Positions 33,101 to 42,009 of a stretch of DNA of 64,000 bases are shown piece by piece; position 1 is the stretch's first letter, and each line of letters opens with the position of its first letter. Origin of the DNA: a virus. The stretch spans positions 1-64,000 of the IMG/VR virus record IMGVR_UViG_3300013131_000002; one strand, given 5' to 3'. The notes under the pieces were generated by a model. The model saw nothing but the letters and a program-made list of their open reading frames with translations. It did no database searches and was not told the DNA's origin. A program made the translations under genes and the position numbers.

Positions 33101-34853
33101 ATTTTAAGTACTTTGTATAGGTCTCATCCATTTTATTGTTTAGAGCTATTACTTTATCTCTTAACACTTGGATGTTATCTAACTCTTGTTGAGTAACTGT
33201 TTTCTTTTTCTGAAGCTCATCTAACTTTTCTTTTACAGCATCAGATATATCTTTCATTACACCTCTAGTATTATTGCTATCATAATAAGTTCTCATGTAG
33301 TTAGCAATATTCCCAAGAATGTTAATTAGTTTGAGTCGTTCTTCTTCATCAATATTTTCTAAATCTACAGACATCTTTTCAACCATTGCAAAGTCACTTT
33401 GAGCTTTATTAAATAGTTGATTAACATAGTCTACTAGTCCTACAAAATCTTCTGCCTCTTCTACTAACTTGAGTTTTGCCTTATGAGATTTTAATAAACG
33501 TGCAGCAGATTTAGATTCCGGGGTAGTGCTTCTAGAGGCCATGTCCAAACTTTCTTGAACAGCTTTTACAGCATTTACTTTTGCAGTTTGTACTGACTTC
33601 TGTAAAGATGATAATCCCTTACTTTGCTGTTCGTATAGGCTGATAGCTCCTCCAAATTCTCCTGGATTTATGTCCCCGGCAAATAAGTCTTGAGCTAACT
33701 GAGCAGCCATATCAGTTTTAATTCCAAACTTTTTAGCAATTGCTCTAAATATTCTATTAAAGAACTGTTGAAATTTGCTTGGATTTTTATATTCTAATTT
33801 AGCTCCTTCTAACCCAATAGCAGTAGCTAATACCTCTTTATCTAGTTTCTCTTGATCCTCTGCTAACTCTGGATATTCTTCTAGTACTTTATTGTACAGG
33901 TTTGTATTTCTAAGTTCTTTTACTGCAGCTTGTACAGCAGGGTGATTATACCCTAACAAATCTACATATAAGTGACCATACTCGTGGTAGGCTGTATCTT
34001 CAGCAATCCTATCTGGATTAAGTGTAATGACTACCCCTCCATTTTTTCCAGGGCTTATTTTACCTATACTTGGAAGTTTAGGGTCATAAACTACATCTAC
34101 TTTTACTCCAACCTTTTGGAATACCTCTTGTAATCTTTTGGCCTGTATTTTTACTTTCCCTAATTGAGCTTCTCCAGTGTTAGAGAATCTTTGCTCACTT
34201 GAGTTTTCTAATCTAGCAGTTTCTGATATAACTGTTTCTGATAATTGTTGTCCTTGTGGACGACCGATCATATCTAGATAACCTTGTAAACCTTCTACGT
34301 ATCTTCTGCCTACAACACTTTGTGCTAACTCTTGCACTTCTTCCCCATAAGTTTTGAACATGTCCATTTGTTCATAAGCTTTGACTAGCTCCTCTTGGCT
34401 GTTAGTAGGGGAATTATATAATCCTAGTGGCTCTCTACGTAATTCACTTAATGCTACAGGATCTATTTTTACACTATGAGTGTCTTGACTTTTCCATTGC
34501 ATCTGTCCATTAGCATCTGCTATGCTGTATCCAGAGTTGGTAGGGCTGCTTTTTATTTTATCTGTTACAACTAAATCTCTAGTAGCTCCAAATGCAGAAC
34601 GAGCATAACTATTTATCTGTGCAATTCCATTAAGTTGGTCAGATAGAGTAGAGTTAGTAGACCCTTTATTTACATAATAATTTCCTTTGAACTTGTTGAC
34701 TAACCTTACTTTAGTCAATATATCCATTATATCTGCAGTCTTTCTAGATTTCTCTAAAGTGTTTACAAGATAGTTTGCAAGTTCAGTACTAGCTGCTGAT
34801 ACTCTTAGACCAGTGCTAGCCGTAGTAAATACATTACATTTTCTATTTGCCAT
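30195..34853 (-). CDS. Giant virion cargo protein with zincin (HEYGH) domain
   Basis: 1552 aa directly downstream of the vRNAP; TAYHEYGHL...KEVLATAIG. Confidence 0.75.
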   Translation of the reverse strand: MANRKCNVFTTASTGLRVSAASTELANYLVNTLEKSRKTADIMDILTKVRLVNKFKGNYYVNKGSTNSTLSDQLNGIAQINSYARSAFGATRDLVVTDKIKSSPTNSGYSIADANGQMQWKSQDTHSVKIDPVALSELRREPLGLYNSPTNSQEELVKAYEQMDMFKTYGEEVQELAQSVVGRRYVEGLQGYLDMIGRPQGQQLSETVISETARLENSSEQRFSNTGEAQLGKVKIQAKRLQEVFQKVGVKVDVVYDPKLPSIGKISPGKNGGVVITLNPDRIAEDTAYHEYGHLYVDLLGYNHPAVQAAVKELRNTNLYNKVLEEYPELAEDQEKLDKEVLATAIGLEGAKLEYKNPSKFQQFFNRIFRAIAKKFGIKTDMAAQLAQDLFAGDINPGEFGGAISLYEQQSKGLSSLQKSVQTAKVNAVKAVQESLDMASRSTTPESKSAARLLKSHKAKLKLVEEAEDFVGLVDYVNQLFNKAQSDFAMVEKMSVDLENIDEEERLKLINILGNIANYMRTYYDSNNTRGVMKDISDAVKEKLDELQKKKTVTQQELDNIQVLRDKVIALNNKMDETYTKYLKLGAPLHASLILGYHKNTGLNDELEALAQSIEKDGVMRKNLLIETEATLKIRDDYKKDLIDKPTRDKLLIEELVKQIRGKKIGLQSLIDELVNAQMDKTKYSVLMDPVINSSQTAIQLFVTEVKASLLEAAEKTRDVQYSLSKDYENFMARKSGFNPTQAYANMYEVISHFVVEQDNKGNNIRKEIKVLGFVQPYDVTRYWKTFYNMLDEAEKKFKKPNIGDRDAYDEWKKSKEPKFVELRKGYYRMIDDWHAKNSKTSPNAMQRKLDLEKEYRAVEKEYYKYRDIDVDRAALALVEMEQIESDINYIYNSYSNSFRGDAVMPNDSYLNPKYTALKNTQTEDYKYMYKLLDIYNKHSDKIGETKQVKNTWDTYTYMVPTVKADTLGQMQNNGFLATSREMLREGFMITEGDTEYGELTAAQARQQIVPIFFTSVMSEALVTRDLTGAIMHFVKMANDFESKSKIQSSVILMRDLIRNRKVLVEGALAYVPLVNQYARRNGYIEYETREGITSNTSQMVEEFIESVFFGRKDILNTVGIAGKSISASKITSAVTRFTALKALSFNGLQATNQLFLDNQKLIEEGIVGQYFNKTNHAWALAKFITGAAGISDWGAFAPKSKLIKSALWSDAYTDQLGMDQVSNITGSRLRKSLVGGVGSILQTMAEHEAVIVRMLALMDSYKGKLKDKNGDVIKNADGTDANLYDLLIEKANGNLELDPRVANLTQMDFVNKLSGLMKKTNQVKGDVDRALAERRWWGKLLNLFRRFFSPGLRKHWGYGSNRGVHVDTESGVLANGMYKVFMNYMVQATKAGLKYRGVYGKHTEWEQADIKRTLSQAAWVITTSVAAGMLMGDDDKDDKVSQFFGYQAIRMNAELQQFYNYKDFLRIIQSPTATVNMVESMFGLAEQALFYDLPYTLGFEVDKKKIFYQRAESGMKKGDRKIKKQAYDNIPFYVGVDKTFNPKEASEFYNK

Positions 34854-34859
34854 TTCTTA

Positions 34860-37800
34860 TTAAATTGAACAGAATGTTAACGACTCATTGTCATCACCCT
34901 CCTCTCTATTATCTTTTAACAGTACCATTGCTCCACCTTCTACTGATGTTGTAACTCCTACTTCAGGATTTATATTAGATACTCCTGACAACTCTACTAG
35001 TCTTTTTGAAATTCCAAGAGGTTGAACTCTTGTGTATACCCCACCTGTTTCTGTAGTAGAAGATTTTACAAATAATCCAACATCTTTATTTTTCTTATCT
35101 ACCAAAAGTACGAAATTATTACTTATTCCACTCACTGCAAGTTGGTCTGCTAGCTTAGAAATATTCTTTTTTCTTAACAAAGTTTTCTTTCCATGTCTCA
35201 TGAATGCATTAGCTCTAATAAAATTAAAGAGTTCATCATTCAAGTAGTCGTTGCTTTGAACATCTTTTACTTTAGTCATGAAGAATTCTACTGGAGATTT
35301 TGCAGTTACCTTTCCGGCATCTTTTCCATATCTATTTATTCTTGGGCTAGTCCAGAATTCTACTGGTATGATATCTGTAAAGGAATTAGCTCCAATGTCG
35401 AACCCACGACTAACAATTGAATGAGCTGCTAGGTCTTCTGCAAGTTCCTTGATCTCTTTTATTTGCTCAGTATTTCCTGGGTCGGTAACATATTTTTCTG
35501 GAGAGTAAAGAAGTTTTCTTAGCTCTGCAGTAAACATGTCCTTCTCAGTTCTAGAGAATCCGTATGAGTTATCAAACTTAACTGTGAAAAATTTAGCCTC
35601 CATTGAGTCATTCTTCTCATCTCTTGCAAAGTTGCTTACGAACTTATTGCCTGTTAAAGATGGGTACTTAGCTTTCATCTCATCTAATTTCTTATCGATA
35701 TTAGTATCTTTTGAAAGGTAGGTTTTTGAAAGATGCTCTTGTGTAAAGAAGTCTGCAAGTGGAGATTCTTCAACAACATCTATTTCCCCCATATCATTTC
35801 TAAGTAAAACTCTTGGAGTTAAAAGCATTCTTAAATTTAAGTTCCTAGAGATATCTCTATGTTGCTCTGGAGTAAACTGTATCTCTCCTACATTTAATTT
35901 AAGATTGTCTTTGAATGTTTTAAATGCTGGAGATGTATTAGCCGGGAAGAGGATAGATGCCATCTGCATAGCAGAGTCAGACATTCTATCATAAGCTTTC
36001 TGTGTTCCATAAATAGAATCATCTCCTAAGAATTGATCAACAGGATTGCTCATTCCATCAGGTCCTCTAAATGCTTGTGCTCCAGACTTATCGTCAAAAG
36101 CTAATCTCTTGTCTTTATATGCTTCGATACGATCTATAGAATTCATACCGTCAGCAGTATCCGGGGTAATAGTTTGGTAGAACTCCATTAGTTGAGATCC
36201 TGCTTTAGAAAACTTCATGAAATTATTCATGAATATACCTTGGGTAATATTCTTCTTATCATTTCTTTTAAGTTCAGCAAGATCTTTTCTATTCATATTA
36301 ATAGTCTCATATCTATTGATGTCATTGAGAGGAGTTAGTTTAAACTCTTTCATTGCATCTACATATGCACTATTCATCTCTGTTAGTTCTCCACCATACT
36401 TATTATAAAAAACATCTGTGAAATATCGTATAATAGGTTGGTTCAAGAAATCGTGCAGAGCTACTGTATCCCCATTGAATGTTATCCAGAATGCTTCTAC
36501 AGGTAAGGTAATAGTTCTATCATTAAGTTCGTACTGCTTAGGATTGTTAGCAGCATCCACAGCAGCAGATACATATCTACCAATTAATGTACTTGTAGGA
36601 ATAGTGGCATCTATTTTAGTAGCCTCAGTTCCTACTTTTTCCAAATGCTTTTTATAAACTTTATTGTCAAGTTTAATAGCATACTCAGGAGTTGTAACTA
36701 CTGTTCCAGCAGCTGCTACGTTTCTACCTGATAGCACATTATTCCACAATCCTTTCAACGTGTTACCGATAATTGCTCTTTCAGCAATTTCAGTTTCTTT
36801 CATTGGACTAGCAAACTCAGTATTGTTAACCAAAGAAGGATTTCTTTCTAGAATACTAGCCATGATGCTTGTCAAGCTTTCTTCATCCAAAGGTCTAACA
36901 GTTTCTGTTAAGTGCATAGGACTAGACATTACTGCTTCAATAGTATCTAAGATTACATTTGTATAAACCTCTAATGCTTTAGACCCTTCAGGTACTGCAT
37001 TTTTGATTGTGTTATCTTTGATAGCTTTATTATAGTCTAGACTTACTTTTGTTACCTCTCCTTTTTCATTCTTACTTAAGTATGGAGCTAGTATGAAAAG
37101 TTTATCTACGTCAAAGTCAGATCCCATCAACTTGGTAATATGTGGTGGAACTTGTACTGCTTTTGTATAATTATCTGGGAGGAATCCCTTAATCTTTATT
37201 AAGATTGTAGAAGATTTATCTTGGTTAGGGATACGGTATCCAATCATACGTAGAAGTTCCTCTGGAATGTTGTCTAAAGATTGCCCTGGCTCTACCCCAA
37301 ACTTACGAGCAATGTCAGGACGTATCATAACTTCCATGTGTCCTAATCTAGGTTTGCCTTCATTATCAGTTTTGATTGCATAGAAGTTTAAGTTAGAGTT
37401 TTCTTCACTACCTCCAAACTGTGCAAACTGAACTGCCTCTATACCAAGAGCTTTCTGCTTGAATACTTGGTTGTTAAACATACCAAATAAAATTTGTTGG
37501 AACTTAGTCTGGTATACAGGGAAGTCTAATGGAATAGCAAACCTTGGCATTCCACTTTCTTTATCTATTACAATGTTTAAAGCATCATCATAGTTTGATG
37601 GTAGCTTTCTTTCTAAATTTTCTTTTTCAAGAATGCCACGTATAATTTTTAAGGCTTTTAATCTAGCTTCATACTCTTCTTTGAATCGTTCACCAGATAA
37701 ACTCTTCTGAGCTTTTAGAATGCCATCAATACCTAACTCTTTGAATAAACTTCTTGTAGCTATTTCAGCCATGTTCTCAGTAGCTTCGTGGAAAAATTTA

Positions 37801-40800
37801 AGAAGTTGGTCTCCTTTGATTGCTACTTCTTTGCCTTTAATCCCTGCATTGTATTTGTAAACTCCTGCTTTATTTACATTAGCAATAGCATTCTTTTTCA
37901 ACTGTCTATTGATAATAGCTTTTTGTTTACCGGTATCTGATATTTTTTGTGGGAATCCTAATCCTCTAGAATTCAACTCTTCTACATATAAGTTTGTAAA
38001 TTCCCCAGCTTCACCTGTTACTTGATATACAGATGACTTATGGAATTTTCTAACAGACTCCACATTCACTACATCAATTTTTGAGATGTTAGGATTGTTT
38101 GCATACTGCCCTGTCTTCTCCATACGTTGACGTAAGTCATTCATTGTGGAGTTATCTTTAGTAGCTTCTTCTAATAATACTCTCCAAGAATTCTTTTCAT
38201 TAATTGGAGTAACATTATTATTAATATTTTGAAGAGACTCAAAGTATGGTTTAAAAGGCTCTATTATTATTCTCTGCCCAGCTTTTGCATTTCTTGGAAG
38301 AACCGATGTAGCTTGGTAAGCAAATATTGCAGGCCTTCCTTCAGCCTGTGCATTTTTGTATTCGTTAAAAGCATCTTCGTGGTATGCAAACCACTTACCA
38401 TCTCCTTGCATTGACTTACGATACATGTCAATTGATGCAAATCCTTGACCATCTGTACCCTCAATTTTTGTAATTGTAGGATCAAATGATTGAGCAATAC
38501 TCTTAGCTATTGCAGGATCTACTCCAGCATTTACCATTCCAGCTTCTAGATCTTTAGCTATCTTAACATTTCTATTTTCATCTGCTATAGTCATTCTTAG
38601 ATTATCATCTCTAAGAATTGCTGATGTATATGTAGGAGACATACCATATTGTCCAGCTACTCCAGGTTCTTCTACAGCTAGTTCACCAGCTATTGTCATT
38701 CTAGAAACAGGAGTTGTCAATGGAGCCATACGTTTGTAGAAGTTATCTAAGCTTTTAGTATGAGCTCTTGATCCACGGAATATTCTATTGAATTCATTAC
38801 GTGCTACAAAATCATCAAATACAAAGTCTCTTAGAACTAATTCTAATCCTCCAAGTTCTTCTACTTGCTTCATTCCTAATCTATCAGCAGCATCATATTC
38901 TATTAGCTTGCCTTTTACTTCAGCAGCTTTCTCAGTAAAATATAACATGCTTTTAGCAACCATGTCTTTTACAGACCCCTCAAACTTTGCATATCCTTCT
39001 GGATCTTCTTGCTTTAATTTTCCATTTAAAAAATCAACTACCATGTCACTCATATGACGAGTTCCATTAATATACATTTTGTCTTCTGTAGAGTTTTTTG
39101 CTGGGATAATTAAGTCAGTTACAATCTGTATTCCATTAAGCTTTCCATCAAATTGCATGAATTTAGAATCAAAAGCTCTTCCTACTAGTTTACCATTCTC
39201 ATCTCTCATTACAATTGAGAACTTACCATCTTTACCTTGTTTAGATGTGTAGTGGTAACCTTCACTCAGTAATGCTAGTGGTGCATTCTGTAAATCATTT
39301 TTTGCTTTAGCTATTCTAGCTAAGTCTTGAATAATGTAACTAGCTATAATGTCTTCTTGAGACATCTGTATTCCAAATGTAGAAGTCAGCTTTCTAGATC
39401 GTGCAAATGGAACAACATCTGCACGAGAACGGTCTCCTTGTGTAGGTATTTGATTTAGCCCTAAGTTTTTATTTGCATTATTTAGATATCCATTTAACCT
39501 TGTGATTAAACTATCTGCATTGTTGAAACTTGCATAGTCTGTAAATGCAATAAAGTCTTTCTCTCCTTTAGTAGAATCGTATACAAAGTTTTTGAATTCA
39601 GTTCTATATAAAGGGTTCTTTAAAAGCTGGAGTATTAGTCCAGTGAACTTGTTGTTAGTTAGAGGATTAGGATTGTTAAAAGGATCTGCCATATACATAT
39701 CCCACATCTTAGCAGCTTCTGGTGTTTCAGAAGTAAGAGTAGAGATAATTGTATCTAGAGATGTAGGCAAGTTCATATCATAAACTGCCGAGTTCATACC
39801 ATTAACAAAGCTTGTTCCCTTATTAGATTTAAATAATGGAACTATCGATGCAAGATGACGAATTGTTCTCTGCTCACCACCTGCTCCAAATATATTAATT
39901 GGGTTTTCTTGCGGTCCCTTATAAGCTTTAATTGTTTGTCCTTCAAATTCTAACTTAACAATTTTAGTTACAAGTTTAGATAGTTCATGATTAGGACGGT
40001 TTACGTAGTATGCATAAAGTTGTTTACCTTTTAAGAATACTAATCGATTGTTTTGGCTTACAGTTACTCCAGTGTTGAAATATTTCTGTAAGTTGTGAGC
40101 AGTCTGCATAAAGATTGTTGAGTCTCCAATGTTCATACTCATATCCCAAAGAACTCTGGCTAATGCCATTACAGGTTTAGAGATACCTGTTTGTGATTCT
40201 ACTTCTTCTGCAGAACGTAATGATTGCTGAACTACCATATAGTTCGTAGCAATGGTCTTAGCTTTTTCTTTTTTAACAGTTAAAGCTAAGTTTCCTTCTT
40301 CATCTACTGTATATTTATAGACAGCTCTAGGTTTTTCTGTTTGAACTTCTACTGAATTATTTTTCCAGTTAGTAACTTCAGCTCTCTCTACAGATTTTTC
40401 ATTAGAGTTTATTATTTTAGAAGATGTTCCAGTTTCTGTTTTATCCTCTACAAATAATAAGAATTGATTTTGATGTAAACTAAATGCAGCTCTTATTGCT
40501 GACTGATCTGCGGCTGTCAATCCTTTTAGTAAAGGCAGTACGTTTGCATACTTAGGCTTAAACTTTATTAAGTTTTCAGCTCTAGCAAGCATAGTTTGAA
40601 AGTTAGGGGACCCAGAAAATACGTTTAGTAATTCAATGTACACCTCATCTTTTGGAAGGTAAGTATTATATCCTAAGAAGTTTGCCTCTGTACTTTCTAC
40701 ACGAGATAGGATTTCTTTTACTCTACCAGTCATACCATCTGCAGGATCACTCTCAAAACTGGACTTACCATAAATCTTTTCTACGACACCGTTGTCATCT

Positions 40801-42008
40801 TCAAAGTCAATAGTTTCCTCATTAGAGTATTTGATTATAGTACCAAAGTCTCTCATATCTTCGGCTACTAATTCTCTCCATCCTATGGTTTGTATATTAC
40901 CAAACTCAGGTTCAACAGTAGTATTCCAATTGTTATAGATATCAAAGAAGATATTTCGTAACAATGGATTTCTATCTTCAAAAGCTACCGGTCTTTCAAA
41001 CTTAATTCCGTTGAGAGATGCAACAGTATCTATATAGTTTTTAGTAGCTTCTGCAAGTCTCTCTGGGTTATTAGATTTAACAGCTCTATAGTAAGCAGAC
41101 TCTACTTCAAATGCTTTTTTAGCATCTTCTAATGATACAGCATTTCCTTCTGGTGTGCTGTAGGCATTCATCAAAAAGTAATTTGCAATATCTCCTTTAT
41201 TGGTTCCTACACCAAGAGCAGTCTCTGCATTAAATCCTGGGATATCTTTTCTATCGATTAAGAATTTACTAAGAGTAGATGTAATTTCTCTAGTAGCTTC
41301 CTCTCCATACTCTTGACGATATCTGTAAGCTTTTGTTTCAGGCTTAAATGTTTCTGTGTTACGGAAAAACTTAGCAGGAATTTTATTTGACTCTACTAAA
41401 CGATATAAATCTTTTATTGCAATTTGATTTGTAGTAGCTAGTTTAATATAGCTCCATAGGTTCTTGAACCATTTAGCAATACGTTCTGGGAGAGTTCTCT
41501 CCATTGTACCTTCAGAAAGTACATACTCTCTAAAGTCTTCTGCAAGTTTTTCCTCGTAGTGAAGGTCTTCAAGCTCTTGTTGAGGAATATTTGGGTACTG
41601 TTCTCTTAAAGAATCTAATTGTTCTTTGGTAACAGGGCCATATTTTTTTCTAGCTTCGTCTATTACAAGAGTACGTTGAGCATCATTTAGCATTGAACGG
41701 TGTACAATGTGATAAGCTTCGTGATACTCTGTACCAATTTCTGCACCTCTAGATAAAAATATTGCAGAGTTTTGTACATACCCATGTACAATTCCATTAC
41801 CTATGTTTCCTAATGAATCAACAATCGTAACATCTATGTCTGGAAATCTTTCTTTTAACCATGCTGTAGCCTTATCCTCCTGTATAGGTTTGAAAAATCT
41901 TTCAGGCACATTCCCTTCATACTTATCCCATATGGATAATGCTAGTTCAGGATTTGCTTTTTCTAGAGCTTTCCACTCTGGTAGATTTTTATTAGGACAA
42001 GTTGCCAT
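34860..42008 (-). CDS. Virion-packaged single-chain two-barrel RNA polymerase with N-terminal zincin domain
   Basis: 2382 aa; TDGQGF, GYRIPNQ, MGSDFDVDKLF (DxDxD catalytic loop as in crAss-like vRNAPs), VDAA; YHEAYH near the N-terminus. Confidence 0.92.
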   Translation of the reverse strand: MATCPNKNLPEWKALEKANPELALSIWDKYEGNVPERFFKPIQEDKATAWLKERFPDIDVTIVDSLGNIGNGIVHGYVQNSAIFLSRGAEIGTEYHEAYHIVHRSMLNDAQRTLVIDEARKKYGPVTKEQLDSLREQYPNIPQQELEDLHYEEKLAEDFREYVLSEGTMERTLPERIAKWFKNLWSYIKLATTNQIAIKDLYRLVESNKIPAKFFRNTETFKPETKAYRYRQEYGEEATREITSTLSKFLIDRKDIPGFNAETALGVGTNKGDIANYFLMNAYSTPEGNAVSLEDAKKAFEVESAYYRAVKSNNPERLAEATKNYIDTVASLNGIKFERPVAFEDRNPLLRNIFFDIYNNWNTTVEPEFGNIQTIGWRELVAEDMRDFGTIIKYSNEETIDFEDDNGVVEKIYGKSSFESDPADGMTGRVKEILSRVESTEANFLGYNTYLPKDEVYIELLNVFSGSPNFQTMLARAENLIKFKPKYANVLPLLKGLTAADQSAIRAAFSLHQNQFLLFVEDKTETGTSSKIINSNEKSVERAEVTNWKNNSVEVQTEKPRAVYKYTVDEEGNLALTVKKEKAKTIATNYMVVQQSLRSAEEVESQTGISKPVMALARVLWDMSMNIGDSTIFMQTAHNLQKYFNTGVTVSQNNRLVFLKGKQLYAYYVNRPNHELSKLVTKIVKLEFEGQTIKAYKGPQENPINIFGAGGEQRTIRHLASIVPLFKSNKGTSFVNGMNSAVYDMNLPTSLDTIISTLTSETPEAAKMWDMYMADPFNNPNPLTNNKFTGLILQLLKNPLYRTEFKNFVYDSTKGEKDFIAFTDYASFNNADSLITRLNGYLNNANKNLGLNQIPTQGDRSRADVVPFARSRKLTSTFGIQMSQEDIIASYIIQDLARIAKAKNDLQNAPLALLSEGYHYTSKQGKDGKFSIVMRDENGKLVGRAFDSKFMQFDGKLNGIQIVTDLIIPAKNSTEDKMYINGTRHMSDMVVDFLNGKLKQEDPEGYAKFEGSVKDMVAKSMLYFTEKAAEVKGKLIEYDAADRLGMKQVEELGGLELVLRDFVFDDFVARNEFNRIFRGSRAHTKSLDNFYKRMAPLTTPVSRMTIAGELAVEEPGVAGQYGMSPTYTSAILRDDNLRMTIADENRNVKIAKDLEAGMVNAGVDPAIAKSIAQSFDPTITKIEGTDGQGFASIDMYRKSMQGDGKWFAYHEDAFNEYKNAQAEGRPAIFAYQATSVLPRNAKAGQRIIIEPFKPYFESLQNINNNVTPINEKNSWRVLLEEATKDNSTMNDLRQRMEKTGQYANNPNISKIDVVNVESVRKFHKSSVYQVTGEAGEFTNLYVEELNSRGLGFPQKISDTGKQKAIINRQLKKNAIANVNKAGVYKYNAGIKGKEVAIKGDQLLKFFHEATENMAEIATRSLFKELGIDGILKAQKSLSGERFKEEYEARLKALKIIRGILEKENLERKLPSNYDDALNIVIDKESGMPRFAIPLDFPVYQTKFQQILFGMFNNQVFKQKALGIEAVQFAQFGGSEENSNLNFYAIKTDNEGKPRLGHMEVMIRPDIARKFGVEPGQSLDNIPEELLRMIGYRIPNQDKSSTILIKIKGFLPDNYTKAVQVPPHITKLMGSDFDVDKLFILAPYLSKNEKGEVTKVSLDYNKAIKDNTIKNAVPEGSKALEVYTNVILDTIEAVMSSPMHLTETVRPLDEESLTSIMASILERNPSLVNNTEFASPMKETEIAERAIIGNTLKGLWNNVLSGRNVAAAGTVVTTPEYAIKLDNKVYKKHLEKVGTEATKIDATIPTSTLIGRYVSAAVDAANNPKQYELNDRTITLPVEAFWITFNGDTVALHDFLNQPIIRYFTDVFYNKYGGELTEMNSAYVDAMKEFKLTPLNDINRYETINMNRKDLAELKRNDKKNITQGIFMNNFMKFSKAGSQLMEFYQTITPDTADGMNSIDRIEAYKDKRLAFDDKSGAQAFRGPDGMSNPVDQFLGDDSIYGTQKAYDRMSDSAMQMASILFPANTSPAFKTFKDNLKLNVGEIQFTPEQHRDISRNLNLRMLLTPRVLLRNDMGEIDVVEESPLADFFTQEHLSKTYLSKDTNIDKKLDEMKAKYPSLTGNKFVSNFARDEKNDSMEAKFFTVKFDNSYGFSRTEKDMFTAELRKLLYSPEKYVTDPGNTEQIKEIKELAEDLAAHSIVSRGFDIGANSFTDIIPVEFWTSPRINRYGKDAGKVTAKSPVEFFMTKVKDVQSNDYLNDELFNFIRANAFMRHGKKTLLRKKNISKLADQLAVSGISNNFVLLVDKKNKDVGLFVKSSTTETGGVYTRVQPLGISKRLVELSGVSNINPEVGVTTSVEGGAMVLLKDNREEGDDNESLTFCSI

Positions 42009-42009
42009 A

